64,000 nt of DNA from a virus. The notes beneath the pieces were generated by a model. That model was not told the origin of the DNA and searched no databases. It saw only the letters and a program-made list of their open reading frames with translations. Of the stretch, positions 9,683 to 18,314 are shown one piece after another. Positions within the stretch are counted from its first letter, which is position 1. Each line of letters opens with the position of its first letter. Made by a program: the position numbers and the translations under genes. The stretch covers positions 103,119-167,118 of IMG/VR virus record IMGVR_UViG_3300012936_000001; one strand, 5' to 3'.

Positions 9683-10283
9683 AACAATTCTAGCAGACCC
9701 TCCATGGAAATTATGCACCGGCGGCCAAAAATCTCTGGCGGTACATACACATTATCCTGTACAGACAAAAGACCAGATTATATCAACGATGACCAATTGG
9801 TTATCACAATACGAGGTAGCAGATGAGGCTCATTTATATTTGTGGACAGTTAATTCTTATTCCGCCGGCTATTCAAGAGGCATTCTTGATGCCGTTGACG
9901 TTTGTAACGCTCTTGGCTTTCGACCTGTAACGAACATCGTCTGGACAAAGCCCCAATCAAATCCAACTCCGTATGGTCAAAGAGCAGTTGAGCTTTGTCT
10001 TTTTGGCGCAAAATGGAGAAAGGGAAACCATAGAGAGGTCATGTATAAAGGAACCAATAATCAAGAATGCGTAGCACAGGCCGGTCTTGTAAGAAGCACG
10101 GATTGGTTCACTTCAGACAGGAGAGAACACTCAAGAAAGCCAGATGAATTTTATGAATACATAATGAATAGATCCAAGGGCCCATATCTTGAACTATACA
10201 GCAGAACAGCTCATCCAAAATGGGACTCTGTCGGAAATCAAACTGGAAAATTTAATATTAACACAAACCAAAAAGATAATTAA
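9672..10283 (+). CDS. MT-A70 family N6-adenine methyltransferase
   Basis: ILADPPW, LYLWT, REHSRKP, YLELYSR. Confidence 0.88.
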   Translation: MKYKTILADPPWKLCTGGQKSLAVHTHYPVQTKDQIISTMTNWLSQYEVADEAHLYLWTVNSYSAGYSRGILDAVDVCNALGFRPVTNIVWTKPQSNPTPYGQRAVELCLFGAKWRKGNHREVMYKGTNNQECVAQAGLVRSTDWFTSDRREHSRKPDEFYEYIMNRSKGPYLELYSRTAHPKWDSVGNQTGKFNINTNQKDN

Positions 10284-10297
10284 CAACAGGAGAAAAC

Positions 10298-10531
10298 ATG
10301 AAATTATCCGATAACACAATCGCACAAATCGCAAAATGCCTTCAGGTAGCAATTCTATCAGGGACGGATGTCGTTGATAATTTGCGACAACTCCGGCTCG
10401 TAGCAAATGGAGAGATGCTCGAAGTTGATCCCAAGTACATGTCAGACTTTGAACACGCACTCGCAAAGATGGTGGAAGAACTAGAAGAGAAAAGCGACCC
10501 GAATCAACTAGGACTTTTTGACGAGACGTGA
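10298..10531 (+). CDS. Hypothetical protein
   Basis: Strong SD, clean ORF. Confidence 0.7.
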   Translation: MKLSDNTIAQIAKCLQVAILSGTDVVDNLRQLRLVANGEMLEVDPKYMSDFEHALAKMVEELEEKSDPNQLGLFDET

Positions 10532-11253
10532 AAAACAAAAAATCAAAACTAAGAATAGATAATGCCGCAGCAATGATAAAAAATTCATATCAGATGCACC
10601 GCGGCATGATCTCTATTCATGGGGAGTATACTCGAGACTTAAATGAAATATTGGAAAAATTTGATCAAGAAGCTTCTAGTGAGAAAAAGAACGGTGAAAA
10701 AATGTCAGATTCTACAGAGGTTACAGTAGGCATAGGAGATTCGCAATCAAGTAATCAGGCACCAAAAAAAGAAAAAACAAAAAGATATAAAAAGCTTGAC
10801 AAAAAAAGAAAAATAATTCCCGCGAAAGAAGTTCATCCACCTTGGGCAAAGGAATTATACAGAAAAATAATGAGAAAATGCCACCCGGACATTTTGCAAA
10901 ATTCTACTATATCGGCCGTAGAAAAACAATACAGGGCCGAAGTCGTACTTCAGGTTACAGAAGCAATAAAAAACAGAGAATATGCCGAGATTCTCTTCCT
11001 TGGGATAACTGTCGAATCCTACACGGAAAAATTAAAAGCTTCTGACCAATTAAAGATGTTGAATAACATGTTTGCAGGCCTTGCCGATAAGATAGACAAA
11101 ATTCAAAATTCTGTCTCTTGGCTATGGGGAATAAATTGGGACAATATTGAGTCTCGCGTTCATATAATACAAGTTGTAATGAGATCAAAGGGTTTTCCGT
11201 TACCTTCCCGGCAAGAAATAATTGCAAAAATTGTAGAACACGAATTAGAATAA
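10528..11253 (+). CDS. J-domain-like protein
   Basis: LYRKIMRKCHPD motif. Confidence 0.55.
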   Translation: MKNKKSKLRIDNAAAMIKNSYQMHRGMISIHGEYTRDLNEILEKFDQEASSEKKNGEKMSDSTEVTVGIGDSQSSNQAPKKEKTKRYKKLDKKRKIIPAKEVHPPWAKELYRKIMRKCHPDILQNSTISAVEKQYRAEVVLQVTEAIKNREYAEILFLGITVESYTEKLKASDQLKMLNNMFAGLADKIDKIQNSVSWLWGINWDNIESRVHIIQVVMRSKGFPLPSRQEIIAKIVEHELE

Positions 11254-11307
11254 ATTCTGTGTAGCCAGGCCACAAATGTGCTAAATTATCATATGGCAGG
11301 AGGAACT

Positions 11308-11460
11308 ATGTCAAATCCATGGGACTATGAATATCATCACCCAAATAAATCAATACGCAAAAAATCAAAAGAAGCAATAAAGACTTTTGTATTTGCTACT
11401 GCAATCGTTGTAGGAATTTATTACCACTTTCTAAAAAGCAATGTAAAACCAATCAATTAA
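11308..11460 (+). CDS. Small membrane protein
   Basis: SD AGGAGG, one hydrophobic segment, upstream promoter at 11259-11287. Confidence 0.5.
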   Translation: MSNPWDYEYHHPNKSIRKKSKEAIKTFVFATAIVVGIYYHFLKSNVKPIN

Positions 11461-11469
11461 AATTACAAT
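11441..11469 (+). promoter_or_regulatory. Early-type promoter ATGTAA-N17-TACAAT
   Basis: Exact spacing, upstream of dnaE. Confidence 0.65.
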
Positions 11470-11492
11470 AGTAATGAACTATAGGAGAATAA

Positions 11493-14400
11493 ATGAAACC
11501 AACAAAATTTGTCGGATTGCATGCTCACGATGGCTTTTCGACTTTCGATGGCCTTGACTATCCACAGGATCACATTGACTTTGTAAGATCCAACGGCATG
11601 AATGCAATGGCCATTACGAATCACGGGCACATGAATTCGTATGCACACGCGCAGCTTCACGTTGAAAAGATTAATAAAGCCGGAGCTAATTTCAAGTTCA
11701 TTCCAGGCTGTGAGATGTATGTTCATCCCGACTTGAATCTTTGGCAACTAGAATACGACATTCGCAAAGCGAAGAAGAAGGGCAACCTAGAAGAGGCGGC
11801 CCGCCTAGAAGAACTACGTAAAGAGATAGATCCCACCATTCAATCGTCTGGTGATGATGTCGAAGAAGTTGCAACAGAAGACGCCGGTCTAACGATCGAG
11901 AATGAAGACGAAACAAAGTCTGGAAAGTTCTTTGATCCAATCAAAAGACGTCACCACTTGGTAGTTCTTCCTCGAACCTCAACAGGGCTGCAGCGGCTTT
12001 TTCATCTAGTGTCTCGTGGATACAAGGAAGGATTTTATCGCTTTCCTCGAGTTGATTATAAGATGTTGAAAGAGGCTGCCAAAGGTGGACATATAATGGT
12101 GTCGACAGCCTGCCTAGGTGGTCCGTTGAGCTATGAAGTCTTCAAGCAGTTGGATGGAATAGAGTTCGATGACATACGCCCTGAACTTCTTGATAATCCA
12201 GAATTACGCAAAAAGATTATGCAGAACGTATCCATTGCATATAATCAGCTGGTCAATGCAATCGGAGAAGAGGGAGTAATGCTCGAACTTCAGTTCAATC
12301 GACTCGGCGCACAACATCTTGTGAATCGCGTTCTTATTGAGTTCGCTCGAGATAATGGCCTTACAGATAAACTCATCGTAACATGTGATTCACATTATTC
12401 AAAGCCTTCGCATTGGAAAGAGCGTGAGCTTTACAAAAAACTTGGATGGATGAATCACCGTGAATTCTCACCGGATTCTTTGCCGAAGTCTATCGAAGAA
12501 CTCAAGTGTGAACTGTATCCAAAGAATGCAGATCAGGTGTGGCAGTCATACAAAGATACAACGCAGGGAATGCCGTTCTATTCAGACAAGGAAGTATTCG
12601 ATGCTGTCGAACGCACTCACTATATTGCCTATGAGATGATTGGAGATATTCAGCCGGATCGCTCTCAAAAGCTTCCGTCGTATGTAATCCCAAAAGACAA
12701 GACAGCTGATCAGGCACTTATTCTTTCATGTAAAAAAGGGCTTGTTGAAAGAGGTCTGCATAAAAGTAAAGAATACATCGATCGACTTAAGTATGAACTT
12801 ACGGTCATCAAATCAAAGAACTTTTCAGAATACTTCTTGACCACCAAGGCAATTATCGACTTGGCAAGAAAGCATATGTTCGTCGGCCCCGGCCGCGGCT
12901 CTGGAGCCGGTTCACTTGTGAATTATGTACTCGGTATCACAGATGTTGATCCTATCAAGTATGGTCTTCTCTTTGAAAGATTCTTGTCTCCTGACCGAAA
13001 AGACATGCCAGACATCGATACAGACATCGGCGACCGAGATCAATTGATTACCTTGATGCGTGAAGAGTTCGGAACAGAGAACATTGTTCCTATCTCAAAC
13101 TACAATACTTTCAAACTCAAGTCATTGGTAAAAGACATATCTAGATTCTATGGCATTGAGTTCTCAAAGGTAAACAAGGTTCTATCAAGTCTAGACCGAG
13201 ATGTTCGCCAAGGGCTTCGATCGGACGGTGTAGAAGTGAATGGCCCTGTCGAAGCAAAGCTAGAGTGGGCAATAAAGTATTCTCCGGCTTTCTCAAAATT
13301 CATCGAAGATCATCCGGAGATTGCAGAACCTATTGATGTATTGTTCAAACAGAACAAGGCGCTTGGCCGACATGCAGGTGGAGTTATTGTATCAGAAAAT
13401 ATTGCAGAACGAATGCCTCTCATTCTTGCTCGTGGAGAACTACAGACTCCGTGGGTAGAAGGAGCTTCGTACAAACATCTAGAACATTTTGGTTGGGTAA
13501 AGTTTGATCTTCTCGGCCTAGAAACTCTTCGGATCATAGAAAGAACAATCGAGCTTATTCTCAAGAGAAAGAAAGGAATCAAGGATCCATCGTTCGATCA
13601 GATCAAGGATTGGTTCAATGAGAATATGGCAACGGACACTATCGACTTTGATGATCAACGAGTGTATAAAAACGTGTATCATAAAGGCAAGTGGGCTGGT
13701 ATATTTCAGTGTACTCAGGCAGGTGCCCAACAATTGTTCAAGAAGGCTCAACCGTGTTCGATTGTAGATATAGCAACGCTAACTTCTATCTATCGTCCAG
13801 GACCGCTTGGAGCAAACGTAGATAGATTGTATCTTCGCAACAAGAAGGAGTACAGTGCAACATACGGCCATCCTCTCATCGAAAAGATTCTTGAAGAGAC
13901 ATTCGGTTGCATTATCTTTCAAGAGCAGGTGATGGAGCTTGCGAACAAGGTTGCTGGTATTCCAAAAGAGGAATGTAATTCTGTACGTAAAATGATGAAG
14001 CCGCAAGGCTCATCCAAAGATGCTTTGTCAAAAGCAAAAGCACTGGAAGATAGATTCGTCGGCGGCTGTATCGAGAATGGCATCTCTAGAAAGATTGCTC
14101 AAAAGTTGTTCGATGACATTATGTTGTTCGCATCGTATGGGTTCAATAAGTCACACGCGGTTGCTTATGCGATTGATTCGTACTATTGTGCTTGGCTGAT
14201 GACATACCATGAAGAAGAATGGCTCTGTGCGTATCTCGAATCCATGGAAGGCAATCCGGACAAACGAGGAAAAGCTTTCTCCGAAGTCCAAGCTCTGGGA
14301 TATGAGATTGTTCCAATCGATATCAACTACGCTGAAAAGAACTGGACTATTCTTCCAGGAAAGAAGTTCATGCCATCGTTCCGTTCCTGCAAAGGGATTG

Positions 14401-15074
14401 GCGATACGGCGATCGATGAGATAATAGAGAATAGACCTTATCATTCTTTCAATGAGATGTTCTGGACCGATGAAGGAAAGTGGAAACTCAGCAAGTTCAA
14501 CAAGCGTGCCATAGAAAGCCTTATTCGGATCAAGGCTCTCGAGTCGATGGGCGAGATAGGCGATGGCAAACTGTTTGAGTCCTACAAACACGCGTATGAG
14601 TCGATTATACCAAATTGGAATAATATCCGAAAGTCTCTCAAGAAGAATCCACTTCAAGGCAAAGATAATTTCTACGAAGCAGTCGAGACAAATGCCGGCT
14701 GCGGTGAGTGGACTCGGATGGAAATCATCAAGAATGATATGGACCTTCTAGGATCAGTGTCCGTAGAGAAGATCGTGCCGCCTCGATACTTGAAGAGGTT
14801 CAGCCAAGAAGGATTTTTACCGGTTGATGAATATGCCGGCAGATATTTTTACTGGTTCATTGTCGTTCAAATGACTCCGAAGAAAACAAAAAACGGGAAG
14901 TCTTATCTCCGACTAAAGATTATGGGACAAAACGGCCGGCAGGAATGGATGAACGTCTGGTCCTGGAATGGAATAGACCAGATCGACCCTTATACGGTCT
15001 GTGTTGCTGAAGTCTCAGAGAATGCGTTCGGAAAGTCTTCTCGCTGGTCACGATTCGAAATATTCACAGAATAA
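11493..15074 (+). CDS. dnaE: DNA polymerase III alpha subunit
   Basis: PHP domain (LHAH..STFDG, TNHG, CDSHY), GRGSGAGS, MPDIDTD, HAGGV, KFDLLGL, YGFNKSHA. Confidence 0.97.
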   Translation: MKPTKFVGLHAHDGFSTFDGLDYPQDHIDFVRSNGMNAMAITNHGHMNSYAHAQLHVEKINKAGANFKFIPGCEMYVHPDLNLWQLEYDIRKAKKKGNLEEAARLEELRKEIDPTIQSSGDDVEEVATEDAGLTIENEDETKSGKFFDPIKRRHHLVVLPRTSTGLQRLFHLVSRGYKEGFYRFPRVDYKMLKEAAKGGHIMVSTACLGGPLSYEVFKQLDGIEFDDIRPELLDNPELRKKIMQNVSIAYNQLVNAIGEEGVMLELQFNRLGAQHLVNRVLIEFARDNGLTDKLIVTCDSHYSKPSHWKERELYKKLGWMNHREFSPDSLPKSIEELKCELYPKNADQVWQSYKDTTQGMPFYSDKEVFDAVERTHYIAYEMIGDIQPDRSQKLPSYVIPKDKTADQALILSCKKGLVERGLHKSKEYIDRLKYELTVIKSKNFSEYFLTTKAIIDLARKHMFVGPGRGSGAGSLVNYVLGITDVDPIKYGLLFERFLSPDRKDMPDIDTDIGDRDQLITLMREEFGTENIVPISNYNTFKLKSLVKDISRFYGIEFSKVNKVLSSLDRDVRQGLRSDGVEVNGPVEAKLEWAIKYSPAFSKFIEDHPEIAEPIDVLFKQNKALGRHAGGVIVSENIAERMPLILARGELQTPWVEGASYKHLEHFGWVKFDLLGLETLRIIERTIELILKRKKGIKDPSFDQIKDWFNENMATDTIDFDDQRVYKNVYHKGKWAGIFQCTQAGAQQLFKKAQPCSIVDIATLTSIYRPGPLGANVDRLYLRNKKEYSATYGHPLIEKILEETFGCIIFQEQVMELANKVAGIPKEECNSVRKMMKPQGSSKDALSKAKALEDRFVGGCIENGISRKIAQKLFDDIMLFASYGFNKSHAVAYAIDSYYCAWLMTYHEEEWLCAYLESMEGNPDKRGKAFSEVQALGYEIVPIDINYAEKNWTILPGKKFMPSFRSCKGIGDTAIDEIIENRPYHSFNEMFWTDEGKWKLSKFNKRAIESLIRIKALESMGEIGDGKLFESYKHAYESIIPNWNNIRKSLKKNPLQGKDNFYEAVETNAGCGEWTRMEIIKNDMDLLGSVSVEKIVPPRYLKRFSQEGFLPVDEYAGRYFYWFIVVQMTPKKTKNGKSYLRLKIMGQNGRQEWMNVWSWNGIDQIDPYTVCVAEVSENAFGKSSRWSRFEIFTE

Positions 15075-15076
15075 TC

Positions 15077-15105
15077 ATGTAAATACAAATAACCATTAGT
15101 ATAAT
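15077..15105 (+). promoter_or_regulatory. Early-type promoter ATGTAA-N17-TATAAT
   Basis: Exact spacing, heads the nucleotide-modification operon. Confidence 0.7.
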
Positions 15106-15126
15106 ATAACAGCACACGGAGTAAAA

Positions 15127-15990
15127 ATGAAAACTGTATTCAGAGATCTCAATAAAGCCTTTGTGTTTTCGCTCGCAGCTCTCCAGAGGGATGGTAAGCT
15201 TGTGAACTCGCGAGGCACAAAACAAAAAGAAATAATCAATTATAACATCTGTATTCTAGATCCGACCGCACTGTCTATCGAACCAAGGGCACGTAAGTTC
15301 AATCCAAGCTATGCAACAACAGAATGGTTATGGTATTTGAGCCAATCTCGTTCGGCAAAAAATATTGGCAAAATGGCAGGAATATGGAAAAAGATAGCAG
15401 ACGGAAGAGATGAGGTAGAAAGCAACTACGGCACATATATTTTTGAACAGTGGAACTGGGCAGTACAAGAACTGTTACTTGATAAAGATACCCGCCGTGC
15501 AACGATTGCAATCAACCAGCCATTTCACAAGTATGCCAATCCATGCGACTATCCATGTACACAGTATCTTCAGTTCTTGATAAGGGACAACAAACTTCAT
15601 CTAATCGTCAACATGAGATCAAATGATGCAGTATTCGGTTTTTGCAATGATGTTTTTGCCTTCTCATTATTTCAACAGATGATGCTTAACGAACTTAACT
15701 ACAATGACCGGGAAGGAGGCAAAGCACTTGAACTAGGGCATTATTATCACCACGCTGGATCGTTCCATATATATGAATCTCATTGGCCAATGATGGATAA
15801 GATACTCAGCAACTACTATCCGTTATACTTGCAAAAAGAGGGTTCTGGTGAACTTCCAAAACTCAAGAAATACAAACTGCGAGAAACTGTCCATGGCTTC
15901 GTCGGTAGGTATATGTTGCCAGAAGATGACATGACGAAAGAACAAATAAAAGAATTCACCCAAAAGATAGCAAAGGAAATCTATGTCTAA
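15127..15990 (+). CDS. Thymidylate synthase family protein, dCMP hydroxymethylase-like
   Basis: DTRRA, YPCT, MRSNDAVFGFCND (Asp at the base-specificity position), GSFHIY. Confidence 0.8.
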   Translation: MKTVFRDLNKAFVFSLAALQRDGKLVNSRGTKQKEIINYNICILDPTALSIEPRARKFNPSYATTEWLWYLSQSRSAKNIGKMAGIWKKIADGRDEVESNYGTYIFEQWNWAVQELLLDKDTRRATIAINQPFHKYANPCDYPCTQYLQFLIRDNKLHLIVNMRSNDAVFGFCNDVFAFSLFQQMMLNELNYNDREGGKALELGHYYHHAGSFHIYESHWPMMDKILSNYYPLYLQKEGSGELPKLKKYKLRETVHGFVGRYMLPEDDMTKEQIKEFTQKIAKEIYV

Positions 15991-16495
15991 TATATTAGAA
16001 CAAGCAAACAACATTATCAACAATCGATCGGAAGAAAAAGAACGCCAATACGGCCCAATGGGAGAAGGCTTTGAAAGAGCCGCAATGATTGCGTCAGGTA
16101 TGTCTGGAAAAGAATGGACCGCTCATGACATGTTTATTGCAATGGTAGCACTCAAATTCTCGAGACAGTCTTATAATTTCAAAGAAGACAATCTTCTCGA
16201 CGCTGTCGCATACCTTGGAGCGTGGCAAAATTACATCGATGAACAAGAGAAAAAGAAAGATGAACAAGAGAAAAAGAAAGATGAAGAACAAAAACACGAA
16301 GGAAAAATTATTAAGAATGATTTCCTCTCGGCGGTTGGAAATCAGACGCATGAGGATCTTAAAAAGGAGTCGATTCAAAAAAAATCAGATTCGCACAACC
16401 CCTATTCTCTTAAGAAAGCTTTAGTTGAACAAATGGGAAATCATGGTTATACTATGCTTGTTCCCCCATCATTTCAACACGAGGATGAAAAATGA
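15983..16495 (+). CDS. DUF6378-like all-alpha nucleotide pyrophosphatase-like protein
   Basis: ILEQANNII..RQYG..MVALKFSR..DNLLDAVAY pattern; located in the nucleotide operon. Confidence 0.6.
   Translation: MSNILEQANNIINNRSEEKERQYGPMGEGFERAAMIASGMSGKEWTAHDMFIAMVALKFSRQSYNFKEDNLLDAVAYLGAWQNYIDEQEKKKDEQEKKKDEEQKHEGKIIKNDFLSAVGNQTHEDLKKESIQKKSDSHNPYSLKKALVEQMGNHGYTMLVPPSFQHEDEK
16238..16285 (+). repeat. Exact 21-bp tandem duplication (DEQEKKK x2)
   Basis: gatgaacaagagaaaaagaaa twice, then gatgaa. Confidence 0.9.
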
Positions 16496-16938
16496 AAATT
16501 TGGAAAATGAGAGAAGTAAAAACACCTACAAGAGGCACGCCAGGATCTGCTGGAATTGATTTCTATGTTCCTGAAGATTATCCGGATAGTCTTTGTACCA
16601 TAGCCCCGGGAGAAAGATTCTTTATTCCATCTGGAATTAAAGCGAATGTACCTGATGGTTTTGCGCTTATAGCCATGAACAAATCTGGCGTTTCAATGAA
16701 GAAAGGCCTAATGGTTGGTGCATGCGTTGTCGATTCTGACTATCAAGGTGAAATTCATCTACATCTAATCAATACTTCAAATAAGAAAGTTACTATATCG
16801 CCAGGAGAGAAGCTGATTCAATTTCTATTAGTGCCAGTAAGCCACTGTGAAGTAGAAGTAGTTAAGTGGCCGGATGAGTTGTTCGATCAAGAGACAATAA
16901 GAGGCTCAGGTGGATTCGGCTCAACGGGAACAAAATAG
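16492..16938 (+). CDS. dut: Trimeric dUTPase
   Basis: SAGIDF, KSG, VDSDYQGEI, RGSGGFGSTG. Confidence 0.95.
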   Translation: MKIWKMREVKTPTRGTPGSAGIDFYVPEDYPDSLCTIAPGERFFIPSGIKANVPDGFALIAMNKSGVSMKKGLMVGACVVDSDYQGEIHLHLINTSNKKVTISPGEKLIQFLLVPVSHCEVEVVKWPDELFDQETIRGSGGFGSTGTK

Positions 16939-16988
16939 CTGAAGCGCATAAATATAAATTGCAATCTTCTAGAAATTGGAGATAAGAA

Positions 16989-17879
16989 ATGATAGAACCT
17001 TCTTCCGTAAACATGGTGATATACCACGCAAACTGTAACGATGGATTTGGCGCAGCATACGCTGCTTGGAAACTGTTAGGAAACAGAGCTGAGTACTATG
17101 CTGCCAATCACGGTACGCCGCCTCCTGACGTAAAGGGAAAGAAAGTAGTGATACTTGATTTTTCATATGGTAACACAACGACAAAGCTTTTGATTGAAGA
17201 CGCCGAATCTTTGTTTATTATCGATCATCATAAATCAAACATGGTTGAGCTCCATGACATTACAAATACACATTTTGATATGACAAAAAGCGGTGCCATG
17301 CTATCATGGGAGTTCTTTCACCCAGGCAAAGAGGCGCCAAAATTTATTCAATATATACAGGACCGAGATCTCTGGAAGTGGGAACTACCGTATTCGAAAG
17401 AGTTCAGCGCTGCCTTTGACATGGTCCCATGGGAGTTTGACGAATATGAAAAATTTGAAGATGATTCTGTGTTCGACGATGCTGTTAAACGTGGATCATA
17501 TATACTTGCATATTCAAAGACAGTGGTCAAGAAAGTATGCGATAAAGCGACAAAAAGAAATTTTGGAGAACATGATGTGATGGTCGTAAATTCTTCTCAT
17601 TGGATGTCTGAAATTGGAGCTACTCTCGCAAAAGACTGCGACTTCGCGATGATATGGTACTACGATCACGATGAACAAATATACAAATGTTCGCTCAGAG
17701 CATTTCATGACACCGTCGACGTGTCTGAGATAGCAAAGAGATTCAAGGGAGGTGGTCATCGAAAGGCTGCGGGGTTTGTCCTGCCGAGGCAAAAACATCC
17801 GGATTCTATCTTCTTTCCGGAAAAAGAAATTAAGAATTGTGAATGGATGGAAGAAAGAGGAGAGTTCGGTGCCGACTAG
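16989..17879 (+). CDS. DHH/DHHA1 family phosphoesterase
   Basis: YHANCNDG, IDHH, GGGHRKAAGF. Confidence 0.88.
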   Translation: MIEPSSVNMVIYHANCNDGFGAAYAAWKLLGNRAEYYAANHGTPPPDVKGKKVVILDFSYGNTTTKLLIEDAESLFIIDHHKSNMVELHDITNTHFDMTKSGAMLSWEFFHPGKEAPKFIQYIQDRDLWKWELPYSKEFSAAFDMVPWEFDEYEKFEDDSVFDDAVKRGSYILAYSKTVVKKVCDKATKRNFGEHDVMVVNSSHWMSEIGATLAKDCDFAMIWYYDHDEQIYKCSLRAFHDTVDVSEIAKRFKGGGHRKAAGFVLPRQKHPDSIFFPEKEIKNCEWMEERGEFGAD

Positions 17880-18285
17880 ACCAGAATGGGATAAGATATG
17901 GACGGACTTCGCAAAGTTGATCTCTACTCGTTCAACAGATCCGACTTTCCAGGTAGGGTGTTGTATCGTGACACAAGACAATACTCAGGTACTCGCTATC
18001 GGATATAACGGAGACCACAAAGGTGGACCGAACGAGAGAGAATCAATGGAGCCTGGCCATTCGGGATTTATTCATGCAGAGATTAACGCTCTTATTAAGA
18101 TGGATTATAATAATCCAAAGAAGAAAACAATATATCTCACCTTATCTCCATGCAAATCCTGCTGTAAGGCCATAATTAATGGTGGTATAGATAGAGTAGT
18201 GTACACAACCGAGTACCGGGAAACATCTGGAATAGAATTATTACAAAAGGCAGGAATTGAGGTCGTATACTATTCTGCCGAATAA
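17869..18285 (+). CDS. dCMP deaminase
   Basis: IGYNG, HAEINA, PCKSC; GTG start after an SD. Confidence 0.9.
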   Translation: MPTRPEWDKIWTDFAKLISTRSTDPTFQVGCCIVTQDNTQVLAIGYNGDHKGGPNERESMEPGHSGFIHAEINALIKMDYNNPKKKTIYLTLSPCKSCCKAIINGGIDRVVYTTEYRETSGIELLQKAGIEVVYYSAE

Positions 18286-18314
18286 TTATTTGAAAGAATA
18301 GGAGAAATCAAGCG

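Noticed and set aside
1-15074. Inteins or introns in nrdJ and dnaE
   Set aside because: No C/S...HN-C splice motifs or LAGLIDADG blocks, and the reading frames are continuous.
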